This document shows positions 49,501 to 61,057 of a stretch of 64,000 nt of DNA, in pieces (positions within the stretch are counted from its first letter, which is position 1; each line of letters begins with the position of its first letter). The notes under the pieces are model-generated. The model made no database searches. It saw only the letters and a program-made list of their open reading frames with translations, and had not been told where the DNA came from. Position numbers and translations under genes: made by a program. This stretch comes from Tilletiaria anomala UBC 951 (Eukaryota): contig NW_013547016.1 in assembly GCF_000711695.1 (NCBI RefSeq), positions 186,001 to 250,000 on the forward strand. The letters run 5' to 3'.

Positions 49501-51224
49501 TCGAACGAGCTATCGGGTGTGGGGCGGAGCAGGAAACTCGACGTGATGTTGCCTTGACCGCCACTGCTGCTGCCGCCGCTGCCGCTTCCAATTTCGCATG
49601 AAGAGTCGCCTGTCGCCCGACGACTGACAGATCCCGTGCCGCCACTCCCATTCAGTGTAGGTGCATGCGCCGACGAATGACCGTGCTGCTGCGCACTGGT
49701 ACGGTTCCAAATGCCTAATACGGGTCTCTCGGCGTCGTTGCCACTGGAGTCTGCGGCTCCGTTGGCCCCGACCTCGAGGCTGGAATCGGCGTAGAAAGCA
49801 GCAGAGAGACTATCGAGGTCTCGCGGGAAAAGATCAAAGTTCATCGACACCGGGCGGGCTTGCTTGCTGGCGCCACGCGAGCTGCCTGCCTGAGATCTCG
49901 CTGTAAGGTAGCCGCTGTTGCTGTTGCTGCTTGTGCTTGTGCTCGAGCCTGAAGAACCGAGGAACACATTCGGCCCGTAGACACCCTTTGTCGGGGGCGT
50001 GGACCAGTCCGACGAAGCAGATGCAACCGGTACCTGAGGTCGTTCGTCGATCGAGGACAGCGTAGATGCACGACTGCGGCCCTGCAGGGCGCTGAAAGGA
50101 TGCTTGGGAGCTGCGAGGTACGCGCCCGCGGACGCTGTGCCAGTCGTCGTTGTGACAGCTGCAGGCATGGTTTGCTCGCCGTGTGCCGTGGCTCTGGGAG
50201 GAAGAGGAGAAGGAGAGCTGGGCGGTCCAGAGGAGTCGGATGATTGGCCTTTACGAGCTGTGGTAGGCGACACACGGGTCGGTGCGCTGGGCGTTGTACC
50301 CTCAAGCCAGAAGAAACTCGACGAGTTCCGAGGAGTGCCGACGACAGGTGAGGTGAAGACGTCTGCATGGTAAGAACCAGATATGTTTAGCCTCTCTGCC
50401 GTTTCTCGAGCAATCAAAAACCACAACTCACCGGAGGGTGACTGTATGCTAGAGAACTTGTTGAGCTCGGGTGTCTGCGGTCTATGTGTTGCCGCACTAG
50501 AAGGTTCTCTCGATCTAATCCTTAGGTCGAGCAGCGCCTCGGAGCGAGCACGGTGCCGTGCAGCGTGGATTTCGTCGGAAGTAGCCTCAAGTACAGCGGG
50601 GGCAAGGTGAGGGTCGTACGCATATGTCCGAAAGGCGGCAGAGGACCCCGATTGATACTGCTGGCGGCCAGCTTGTTGCCTTGATGTCGCAATGCTTGCG
50701 ATAGCAGATGCTTGTAGGTTCTGGACTCGTTCTTCAGAGTCGTTCGTGCACAGAGCGGCGGCTCGAGAAGAGTGGTGAGGATGACGTGCAACAGAAAAGA
50801 CGGCGTTCACAGGTGTGCAAGGCGAGTCTTCTTTGTCTTCGTAGTCCTCGTCGGCGTGACCCTCTGTACCAATACACCTTAACCTGTGCGCTCCTAGCGA
50901 AAGCCCTGGACTGGACACACTGCGGGTGAGCTGGTGATCCGCACTGGACTGGTAGATGGTCGAGTAAGCGGGTAAGGGTGAAGAGGAAAATAGATCGGGG
51001 CCCGTCGTGGAGCTGATGCCTCCGGTCCTGCCAACACCGCCGGTGATGCTCTCAACGTTGGGGACGATGGGGTCACCGTTGGCTTGATGGCGTGAAGATG
51101 AGGAAGAGGACGAGGTCGCTTGGGACGTGCGCCGTCGAATGCTGGTGGTGCTCGTTGATGGTGTGGGGATCGTCGAGGTGCTGGCGCCGCTGCTGTCGCT
51201 GCCCTCAGGACTACTCAAGCTCAT
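46547..51224 (-). CDS. Large low-complexity protein with C3HC4 RING, RRM-like domain and Q/H-rich tail
   Basis: ORF 51224-47736 spliced (intron ~47873-47797) into ORF ending at 46547; CELC..PCGHKACSSC..CAAC; VVRIDNIPW..HIPIDVSNGKTSNACFVE. Confidence 0.8.
46645..46870. repeat. CAG/CAC/CAT-rich repeat encoding a Gln/His tract
   Basis: tgctgttggtgctgctgttggtgc... tandem units. Confidence 0.8.
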
Positions 51225-53918
51225 CCTTTGCGCCTGTTCTCAATGTGCCTGACCATGAGTGCATGAGCTCTCACGCCAGCCAGCGAGTGTGATGGGGTGG
51301 CCGCTTGTCTCCCGTGCGACGAAGAGACCGACTACCGGATGTCAGTCGCTGCTGTATGCCGCGTATGTGAAGCGGTGACGTAGAGGCAGAGCCGAGGGGC
51401 AACCAAGACACAAGACAGGGGATGACTCAAGCCAGAAAGGGCCTGAGGAGGATGGCTGGCGTATTAGATGTTACCCAGCAGCGAAGAGCGGATGGGGTGT
51501 CAACAAAAGAAGAGGCTTGAAGGGTGAGTGAAAGTGATGGGTGATAATCCGTGAGCGGGAGGAATTAAGATTGGACCACATCGAACGCCCTCCGGATAGC
51601 GTCTCGCTTCTGCTGCTGCCGCTCTTCTTCGCCACCTTCTTATACATTCATCGCGATCCTCGACCCCCACTACATCTTGTGGTTGTGCCACATGCATACT
51701 TGATCACAATCAATTCCAAAAGAGCAGAGCAGCCTGCATCCATACATTGGGGTACACACTCCATGGATGATGCGCACCTGACGATGATTACCTGTGGACT
51801 GAAAGCTCTACTTAGTGCCTACATCTGCGCCTCATGTGAACCTGTCTATCGTTTCACACAATGGTGGGCAAGGAGTCTGCAGAGATTCCAATCCGACCTG
51901 CTTGCTTCATTGCAACTATGTGTGCACAGCTTAGGAATCGGCTGCACAGCTATATGCTTGCCTTCTGCCAGCGAGGGGGACTGGGGAGGAGAAGGGAGTT
52001 AGGGTGCAGCGTGTGCGTGCGAAAAAGCGAGCCCTCATCAAGCAGTAGGGCAGTGCTGTGTGCTCCTGCAGGACAAATAATTGATCATGCTGCTTTCTCG
52101 GCGAGAATCCTGACAAGCGCAGCGCTGATCAGAGCGCTTGCAAAAGCGTAAAATGGCACCTTGTTGTACCGCGGCGATTGCTGCTGAAGAATCTACGTCC
52201 ACCCCTTGCGCTCTCACGGCCTCAGCCTCCCCTGCCCTGGGAGAGTCGCCACACCGCCGGGCGAAGCAATCCCACCCAGACTAGTTGCACCATGGCCAGC
52301 AACTCGATCGCCTGCATACCTGAACAGCAAGACTGGGAAGCCAGTCACACTGGGGGAAGGCTACACAAGAATAGCTAGAGTGCGTGCCAAACATGCAAAC
52401 AGCGAGAAAAGGGCAAGGGAGCTTTCCGCAGTTCGCTTCCTCACGTGGCTTGGGTAATGAGTCTATTCAACGAACGCACGACAGTAGTCTAGTGGCAAGC
52501 GGTTGAAGGGTGGCGACTGGAAGAGCGCTGCAGGTCCAGAGTTCGCAGGACAAGGGGCGCACATGCCACCTGGGCGCGAAAGCCACCTGGCGCTAACACG
52601 TGAGATAGTGCAAAACGAGCCTATTCCGACTTCGGACCTTTTTTGTTGAGTTACGGACCCTTTTGACTTGGGAGGACAACCACAAAAATATGTACGCATT
52701 ACAACGCATGTACCTTGTACATATATAAATTTGTTCCACAGCTCCACAACTCTACCAGAGACCAGCATGCACAGATTGCTGGTAGATCAGTAGATGAATG
52801 TGCTACGTAAGCCTATGTACGGAGTGTCGAAGACGGTCAGTATACGAAGCCTCGACCCTGGGATTCCCATTCCCAATAACTTTGATGAAGATTGCAGGTG
52901 CCAGGCCGGAGAGCGTTGGAATATGTTGTGGCGTTCCAGTCAGTTGCCATGCTGCAGAGTGCGGCGGCCAGCGGGGAGCCCATTCTTGGCTTTGGGGGAG
53001 CCGGAAAAAGAATAGTTAGGAAATGGAGACCAGGGGCTTCCTCGCCGAGTCGCGACCGCCATCACCCCTCGTGAGCATCTCTTGACACTTTTACAAACTA
53101 AGTTGGATGGCTTTGGGTCATCTTAGGTTTCGAGGCTTTTGGACAATCACACTAGCAGTTTCCTGGCATGTTCAGCGCTCGCCGATCCAGATTCCAGGCC
53201 ATCTTCTGGCTTTGGGTTTGCTTATGATATTTTTATGCCTTTGTCCTTCAGACTCTTCCCCGTCTGACGAGTCCATTTTCGGCCTTCACTTTTCCAGAAG
53301 CATATGCTCCAAGCATCGCGGGTAGCGCTGCCTGTTCTGCCCTCGTGCGACGTCAACGCGTGGCGGCAGGGAAATACTTGTATAAGACATGCACCCTTCT
53401 GTGCATTCCTGTGGTAACATTGAATAGTGAACACGAATATAATATGTGGGACACGGACGTCGCTACGGCATACTTGCACTCACTGTAAACGTATCATTCA
53501 TCATTGTCCATAAAAAAGAAAGTTATTTTCAGTGCATGCTGCATATTGCAAGTGTGGCAATGACCCTGCGAAGTACGACGGTAGCTCGACGGGACTCGTG
53601 ACCGTGTCAAGCCATTTGTCGGCTTCTGTTAGTCATTGCATCTCGGTTTCCCGCGCTCCCGCAGATGCAGTACCCACATAGGCTGCTTAACCCGTCGCAG
53701 CCGGTCATCACCCGTGACTGGTGCCACTAGTTGCTACTCCGGTTTCCTGTGGAAACGTTGTGGCAACTCCGATTCATTCTGATTTTTGGCTGTAATCGCA
53801 ACAATGCAATAGAGTATCGACAGTACATCACCTCTCTTGACGTCTTTCCTGTTAACAGGCTCTTCTCGACAGATTGTGGAGTTTTTGTGACGCGGTTGAG
53901 GCTTGGATGGGTTGAGCC

Positions 53919-53962
53919 AGTGTCGGACTAGTGTCGGACTACCGTCGGGCCACTGTCGGACC
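53919..53962. repeat. Four tandem 11-bp units with a GTCGG core
   Basis: AGTGTCGGACT AGTGTCGGACT ACCGTCGGGCC ACTGTCGGACC. Confidence 0.7.
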
Positions 53963-56102
53963 CGCTTGGACAGCTTTGCTTGCAGCTTTTGGACTTTTGA
54001 GGCTTGAGGCACATATGTTGTGTGTTTGCATTCCGACTCGTGATTTGCGCTATCAAGCGATCTTCTGGGACAGTCATCTACGGTATGTAGTATCCTGAAG
54101 TACGGAGTTGGGAGTATCTACGGTCGTTGATGCCCACAATAGTCGACACTGGTTTAGGGAGCATGGGTAGGGAGGGCTTTAAGTGGAGTGGCGATAGTAA
54201 TAGGTCAATGCCGTACAAATTCCAATGCCCACCCCCAATCCTGGTATCATCGCGTTCTCGTACATACGTGAAGGAACAACGCTCTGGGTTGCTTGATCGG
54301 TGGCTTGGGTCAGCCTTCGCAGTGTATTCCCCCGCTCGAAGCACACATACTGTACGTAGATGCATTGATGCGTTGATGTTCGTAATTTTGCTGAGTCGTT
54401 TGTCCTTGGTCTCCCTTCGACAAGAAAGCGTGTATATGAAATGTACATTTGCATGTAGACTTGCCGGTCTATCCGTAGTTCGGTAGCCGTCCGCGGCAAA
54501 GCGCCACAGCGTCAACCTGAGTCGACCATCAAGCTACTGTCAAGCTGAGGCAGGCTCAAGCCCAAGCGCCAAGAAGCTACAAGGGTCATCAATTGGTGAT
54601 CTCGCCGACGGTCCTAGGCGTCGTTCATGCAACAATACAGCCGCTGAGGGTGCTGGAGGCATGACGCACCAGTAAAGCGCCGGAGCGTTGAAGCATCGAT
54701 CATCACATGAAGTACAGAATTAGCGCATGAGCAGCAAGCCATAAAGCGCAGGCGGCAAGATCTTGCGCAATGACAAGTAAAAGCCACACCTGCAGACCGC
54801 ATTGTGCATTCGTGATGCGTCAACGCGTCAAAGGCTTTGAGTTGAATTCAAATTCGCCGATGACCGACTCGTCAGCAAAAGTACTGAGACAGACCTGACA
54901 TTGGAGAGGGAGAAAGTGCATGTAGGTTCTTGCATGTATAGCATGGTTGTCTCTACTTTCTGGTTCTTTGCCCTCGAGGTGCGCATCCCAACGACGGGGT
55001 TCGACCGAGAAGGCTATAAGTAAAGAAGAGCGTGAGTGTGATATGAGAAGAGGCGATGAGGGGACCAGCGATGAGCGCGTCATGAGTAAACGCAAGAAGC
55101 AAGCGAGCTGAAGACGGATCGTGCGTATTAGTAGCACAGGCGCTTAGTTGTGGAAATATGGATTCTGTACTCGCTGAAACTTGAGAAATGAGATCTGAGA
55201 GGGGAGGGAAATTTTTGCTTTTGAGTCAGTGACACCTAGTTCGGAATATCAGAGGACTGCTCGTACGGAAGATGCTGAGGTTGCTTGCATGTTATATCAT
55301 GTCGGGGTGCGTGTGCGTGTTCAGCATTTGTGAGGGGCAGAGAACAGCAAGACGAAGGGCATGCCCAGACTCACCTGTGGTCTTCCTACAGAAATGGCGC
55401 TGTGCTTCGCCCAGGACGCGTCCTTCACGTTGCACATTTCACAGTTCACATCGCATTTTCTGTCGCATCCCAAGGGTTGATGGTAGACATTCGCAAGACA
55501 ATCCTGAGAACAGTCAAAGGGTCTACAATAGGGATCTACAACTGCTCCAAATCTCGGTGCCAATCATGTTTCGTAGCCGCTGTTATGTCTCCTGCTCGTG
55601 TGGGTTTGAATGGCCTTGGGTAGCGTGCAAGTTGCAAACATAAGTAGAGTGTTGAGATAGATGCTCAACGATTGCCAAGCCGTCCTTCCACTACTGGTGT
55701 TGAGAAGGCGCGTCGCGCATTTTGAATCGCGCGTCGCGTTTGGCGAATGTACCTAACCCTAACTATCTCAGTCCGGCAATTCCTCTGTACGTCTGTATCT
55801 CATTCGACAATCCCTTGTGTATGTTTTGTTTGCTGGTCAGATTTGCCGGCTCTTTGATTGCACATCGGGTGGCCACGGGTCTGTCAGATGAGTGCGTCAG
55901 GGAACCAGCGCATCAAGCTTGATGATAGCGGAGACGACAGGCGCAGCACGTAGTGTCCGCGCGACGCGGTCCTGCCGCTAGCTGCTGACGAGAGCTGGAA
56001 GGCACTTCACACAATTGAACGTCTGCAGCCTCTCGAGGCGCGAGGCACGCTTGGAGAGGTGATTGATCATTGGCCTTGTTTCGGTTGAGACAGCGATGCA
56101 TC

Positions 56103-58444
56103 ATGGCGTCAGTTACCCAGCACAAGCGCAAGGTAAGTCGAGGTCAAAACAAGTGCATTGATTGTACCCACTAACATCTTTCTTTTGCTGCCTTCGATCG
56201 CAGGTGACAGCACGCGTAGACCTGGATGCTCTTGCCTCGGCACATCCTTCTTCGCCTCTGGGCCAGCGACCATTACACTCGATCGGCGGTCCCACCAATA
56301 GCACGACTGCAGCACGAACCATACCCACAGGTGGTGGCTCGAACGCGAGCTCCGGTTCCTCCAGCGTCGTATCTCCTCCTTATAGCAGCAAGGTTTCAAT
56401 TGCCGGACGTCCTGTATCTACAACGACACGAACCGGAGCAGGAACACCAAGAGCCAAGATCGATCCTTCGCTCTTTGCTGACGACCATCATGCCACGGTC
56501 ACGGCCTCGGGATCACCAGCATTGCGGCTGGCAAGTAGCGCTGGAGTGCCTTCTTCGGCGCCTTCGGCTACATTCGGTAGCTTCAGCTCGCCTCATACAC
56601 CGCGGATAAATGGCAATATTGCTGCAACTTCTGGTAACAGCTCAGGTCCTTCTCGAGTCACTGCCGAGCCGAGCAACTTGGGATCGCCTTGTGAAAATGG
56701 CCAGGTCCCACCGGGAGTCACTATGCGCAAGGTGCATTCGGCCAAGGCACGCGCGCAGAGTATTGATTGGACAACTTCCGGCACAAGCTCACCATCAATG
56801 AGCGGGCATATGGGCGGGAGTGCTTCACAGAGATCATCCGTGTCTTCGAACACCAGTGATGCGAGTACTAGCACGAGCGTCACATCCAGTGGGGATAGGT
56901 CGCCAGCCAAGCAGGCGGCTACAATGGTTCGAGCTGCCCTCACGACCGTTATCCTGAGCGGGCATAATGCGGGGACTTCATCGGGCAATTCGACGCCGAC
57001 CCCGCTCAACAGGACGTTACACGTAGGGGTAGCAACGAAAATGCGACGGGCAAACACCAGTGCAGCGAGCAGCACGCCGTCTGCAGCCAGTGCCATGCTC
57101 TCGTCACCAGGTGGAGGCCCTGCAGCAACTCTTGCAACGCCATTCGAAAGCCCAAGTGGTTTCCATGCTGACGGAGGCAGCGTGCATAGCCGCGCCGGCT
57201 CTGGCGCGAACGTGAGCCAGAATAGCAGCACGAGCGCTTCAGCGGGGACTTCGAGGCCGGCGAGTCCCACGAAGGGGATGTCTATCACAGAAGCGTATCG
57301 CATGCGCAAAGAGGCGGCATCATCAAATCTGCTTGCTGGCGAGGGCTCGGGGCCGAGAGCGCGACTGCGGCCATTGCCTCATCAAGTGGGACCCTCACAT
57401 ATCAATCTTGCACCAGACGACACTCGCTCACCGCCGAATGGCGGATCCATGCCGTCAGGCCTAGCTTCGCCACTCAACACAGTGTCGCCCGGTGCACCGC
57501 GATGGTCGGGGTCCGATGCTTCTGGCCTGCTCAGCCCCACATCCGAGGTATCATCTACCGGTGGCTTTAAGGTCCTATCGCCAGAAGAGGTGGCTGATCG
57601 GAGTGAGGCGAAGAAGGCGCGCAAGATGCTGGATTTGGAAATAACCAACAAGAGCTTGCTTGCGATCAATGCGGGCCTGGAAGTGACCAAACTCAAGCAG
57701 GCAAAGGAGATAAGGGAGCTCAAACGGCGAATACGCGAAGGGCGTGCTTCTATCGCGCCAGGGGATATGGGCTCTCTGGCCAGCGGTGGGTTTGAGGAGG
57801 ACGAAGAGGAGGAGGAGGAGGAAGGCGACAGTGATGCCGACGAGGCCATCATCCCACGCGAGGATCCTGAGCTCGAAGCGATGCACACGCGCTGCAAGGG
57901 ACTCATCGATCGCATGCTCATGCAAGCGCGCAACGCCATCCACTATCGTTTTGAGCCAGCAAAGGAAGGCGTCGGCGGCAAGGTGCTACATCCGATTGAG
58001 GTGGAGGAGATGCGGGAAGAGCAGGCCGAGGCGGGCGTCACACCCGACGACTCTATAGCGCTCACCAGTTCGGAACGCAGCATATACATGGGCAGTGGGG
58101 AGCCGCAACGTTCTGATTCGATCCCAGCGATCCTCGAGGACGAACGGGCATCCTCATCAACACCAACGAGTGTCGACGCTACCCCGACATTGGCAGCAAC
58201 AGCAGCAGCAGCAGTAGCAGATGCAAACAAAGACGCATTTGCTAGGACTGAGGATCTCGCCTTTCTCGAGCAGCCGACGCCTGATGTAGAATCAGACGCA
58301 GAGACAGAGACGGGCGCGACGATCAGCGAGCCCATTAATCCTTCCCATATTAATGATGCCGCTCTTCCAATTGGCCTCAAAGCTGGCAAAGGCAGTCAGA
58401 GCAGGATACCCTCCACGGCGACAGTGGACATTTCCATAGACTAG
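56103..58444 (+). CDS. Disordered Ser-rich protein with a conserved fungal coiled coil, possibly Mto2/Spa18-like
   Basis: MASVTQHKRK|VTARVD (intron ~56133-56203); EAKKARKMLDLEITNKSLLAINAGLE..KQAKEIRELKRRIRE. Confidence 0.7.
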
Positions 58445-59157
58445 CCTCTCTGCTCCGCGTTGTCCGCGAGCGAATGAGCGAGAGTTCATCAGAATTGTAA
58501 CAGTCAAGGACGAGATCCGCGCAACTTATTTAATTTTCAATCCTCATACCTCAGGCTTTGTTAGGCCGCCACAGCAATCAGACCTGCACCGGTTATTACT
58601 CAGTATCCGGGTGGTGGCGAAGAGCTAATCTTAACAGGCCCTAGTCTCAACATCAGGCCCTCGTGCCCCCATACTGTTGACACCTCCATCCGAGTCAGCA
58701 GGTGTTTGGCGCCTGCCGCCTTGAGACTAATTATGGACAGCCGTATATGATATATACGAGTACATGTTGACTGTGATTTTTTTTATCGCCCGCGGCCCAC
58801 GGATCTCAAGATCTGATGGCCGAATGCCGTTGGATGAGATGCGAATGGATCTCTTCTCTCATCCTCCTCCCACAGAAGGCTGGGAGCTGGGACCAAGCAT
58901 GACGCTTTTCATAACATCTACCTGGCATGTCTCTTGCACCAAAAAGATCTGAAAAGCCCATGCTCCATTGCCCTCAGGGATGAGGATTCGCCCACTCCTG
59001 CTGGTATAGCAAAGCTGCTAGGCAGCTTGTCATCATCGCATGCAGTCGTGATGGTCCCCTCGATTCAGTTCTTCACCACGGAAGTGCCGGCCACCACCGT
59101 GACCAAGCAATGCCACACGCCAATAATCTTCCTCGTCACCTCGATCATATACAGATT

Positions 59158-60276
59158 TATCATCCCCTTTTGGTGAAACCCCGGAAGAGATTGTAAAAGC
59201 TCGCCCTGGTGGCCCCGTAAACGTCAACAAGTTTCTTCCCACCGACGCAGAGCACATGTACGGCCCACTTGTGGACTTCTAAGAGCTCAGTGCCGCTCTG
59301 CGTGTCGATAAGCGAATCGACGTGAACGACTGGCGCCTGATTCAGATGATGCCGAAGGTGGAAAAAGTACAGCGAACGATCATGTACGTCAATAGGGGCG
59401 GATACATCATGCCCGTTAACGTCGTGCACATCAAACTTTGCGCGACGCTGACGCAGCGGTTGAAGGCTCGCATCGGTTTGATTCCACATGAGATCGCACC
59501 CACAGCCACCATTGCTAGGAGCTTCCCTGCTATCGTCAAAATTTACGAGGAGATTGGGGCAGACGCCAAGGAGCATTCCCAAGAGGTTATTGTCGGCGGC
59601 GGCAACTCAGTCAATGCACTGATGAAATGAGACGAGCATCTTACCGAAGCCCTTTGGCCATCTGTGTTAATAATGCTGGCAGAGGACTCGTTGCGGCCCT
59701 ACCTATAGCATTGTATGAGCTGCTTCCTGTCCTTGCAGAGGACGATGACTCGGCTACGCCCGCGGCCCCACCCGAAAAGCTACAACCCGACCAGGTCTTG
59801 CTCATAACGCCCCGGCTCGACGGCTTGGCGGAATATATATATATATATAATTTGCGGGCGTTGTAAAGGGCAAGGCAAGTGGCTCAAGCATGGCAGTCTG
59901 GGTGGCACGATGAAGCAGTGGCTCGGCACACCGGCAATTCGAGCGGCGCACAGTGAGCCACAGCTAGCAGCTCACGGCGCTCCTGGCGGCTGACGCCCCA
60001 AGTCACCCGTATATTTATGCCGCACTTGGCGACGAGATGGTCGAGATCATGAAGAAGGCGGACACACGCGTCGTGTACTGCGCTGCGACACATGGCATTC
60101 TCACCGCGGGTAGCACTACCACGTGCTTTGGGAAGTGCGAACGCGCGTGTATTAAGCCGCAATACATCGAGGGCGAAGGCGCCGTTGATGTTTGGCCCTT
60201 GCGGCCCAGCAAAGGATCTGCAGAAGGCCTGGAATTGCTGCTCGGCGATGTCTTGGCCCTATCCGAGAAGCTGTAA
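59158..60276 (+). pseudogene. Degenerate gene with ribose-phosphate pyrophosphokinase (PRS)-like fragments
   Basis: Coding-like frames broken by TAA (~59280), TGA (~59628), frameshifts and a (TA)n tract; EIMKKADTRVVYCAATHGIL resembles the PRS C-terminal THG motif. Confidence 0.45.
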
Positions 60277-60759
60277 AGCGTTGTGACTCTTGCAATAGCC
60301 CATTGTCTTGAATCTCTTGTATTCCTGGGCGCAACCATTTGAGGACCAAGCTCAAGGCTTGATCATCATGAGCGCGTGAGCTCTGACTCTAGCCTTCTGT
60401 GGCTCGATGCAAATTGTAGTTTCTAACCTTGTAAATGGTAGGGATTGGGTTAGGGTTATTGCAGTGGTGCCTGTCATGGGTGCCCAGGCCACCGTAGCAC
60501 GTCCTTTTGTGGAGCCTTGTCCCGCTTCAAATCTATCTATACCACAAGTCCCCATTGAGCCCTTTATGCCAAATCAGCCCCCTTGTCGGCGAAGCATACT
60601 TGGTTAAATGCAGTCTACTGCAGCAGATGCGCTCTTTTGTCCGCAGTCTCGATGCCGACCTCGATGACTAGGTTCCCACAAGACGCGAAGGCCGGGCCCT
60701 ATAAGACCGCTCGTCTGGAGGCTCCGGACGGGAGGGAAGGACATTCATCGATGCCTGCG

Positions 60760-60768
60760 ACAAAGGGA
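60760..60768 (+). promoter_or_regulatory. Pheromone response element ACAAAGGGA
   Basis: Exact match to the Ustilago maydis Prf1 PRE consensus, ~290 bp upstream of the PRM1 ATG. Confidence 0.6.
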
Positions 60769-61057
60769 TGAGATGTGGGAGTCATGGCTGCCCTTACCGC
60801 CAGTCTGACTCTGGCTTGCAACTACATTTTCCTTGCCATATTACACATTCATACGGCAGTAGGATCCGAAATATCGAGTGCGCTGCGTAGAATTCACTCA
60901 TCGCAGGCGTGATGATTTGACGGATGTGCACCGAGTAGTCGGCAGTGTAGGAAAATGCTATATTGTTCAACTCGGATTGACCATTTGTTCGCAGAGCAGC
61001 CTGTTCATCCTGGTGGATACCCGTTCTCTCCGTGACGACTTGTTTTCCTTCTCAGAA

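Noticed and set aside
51500..55650. Scattered 60-150 aa ORFs in the long intergenic region
   Set aside because: No domain signatures; no transposase or reverse transcriptase motifs seen
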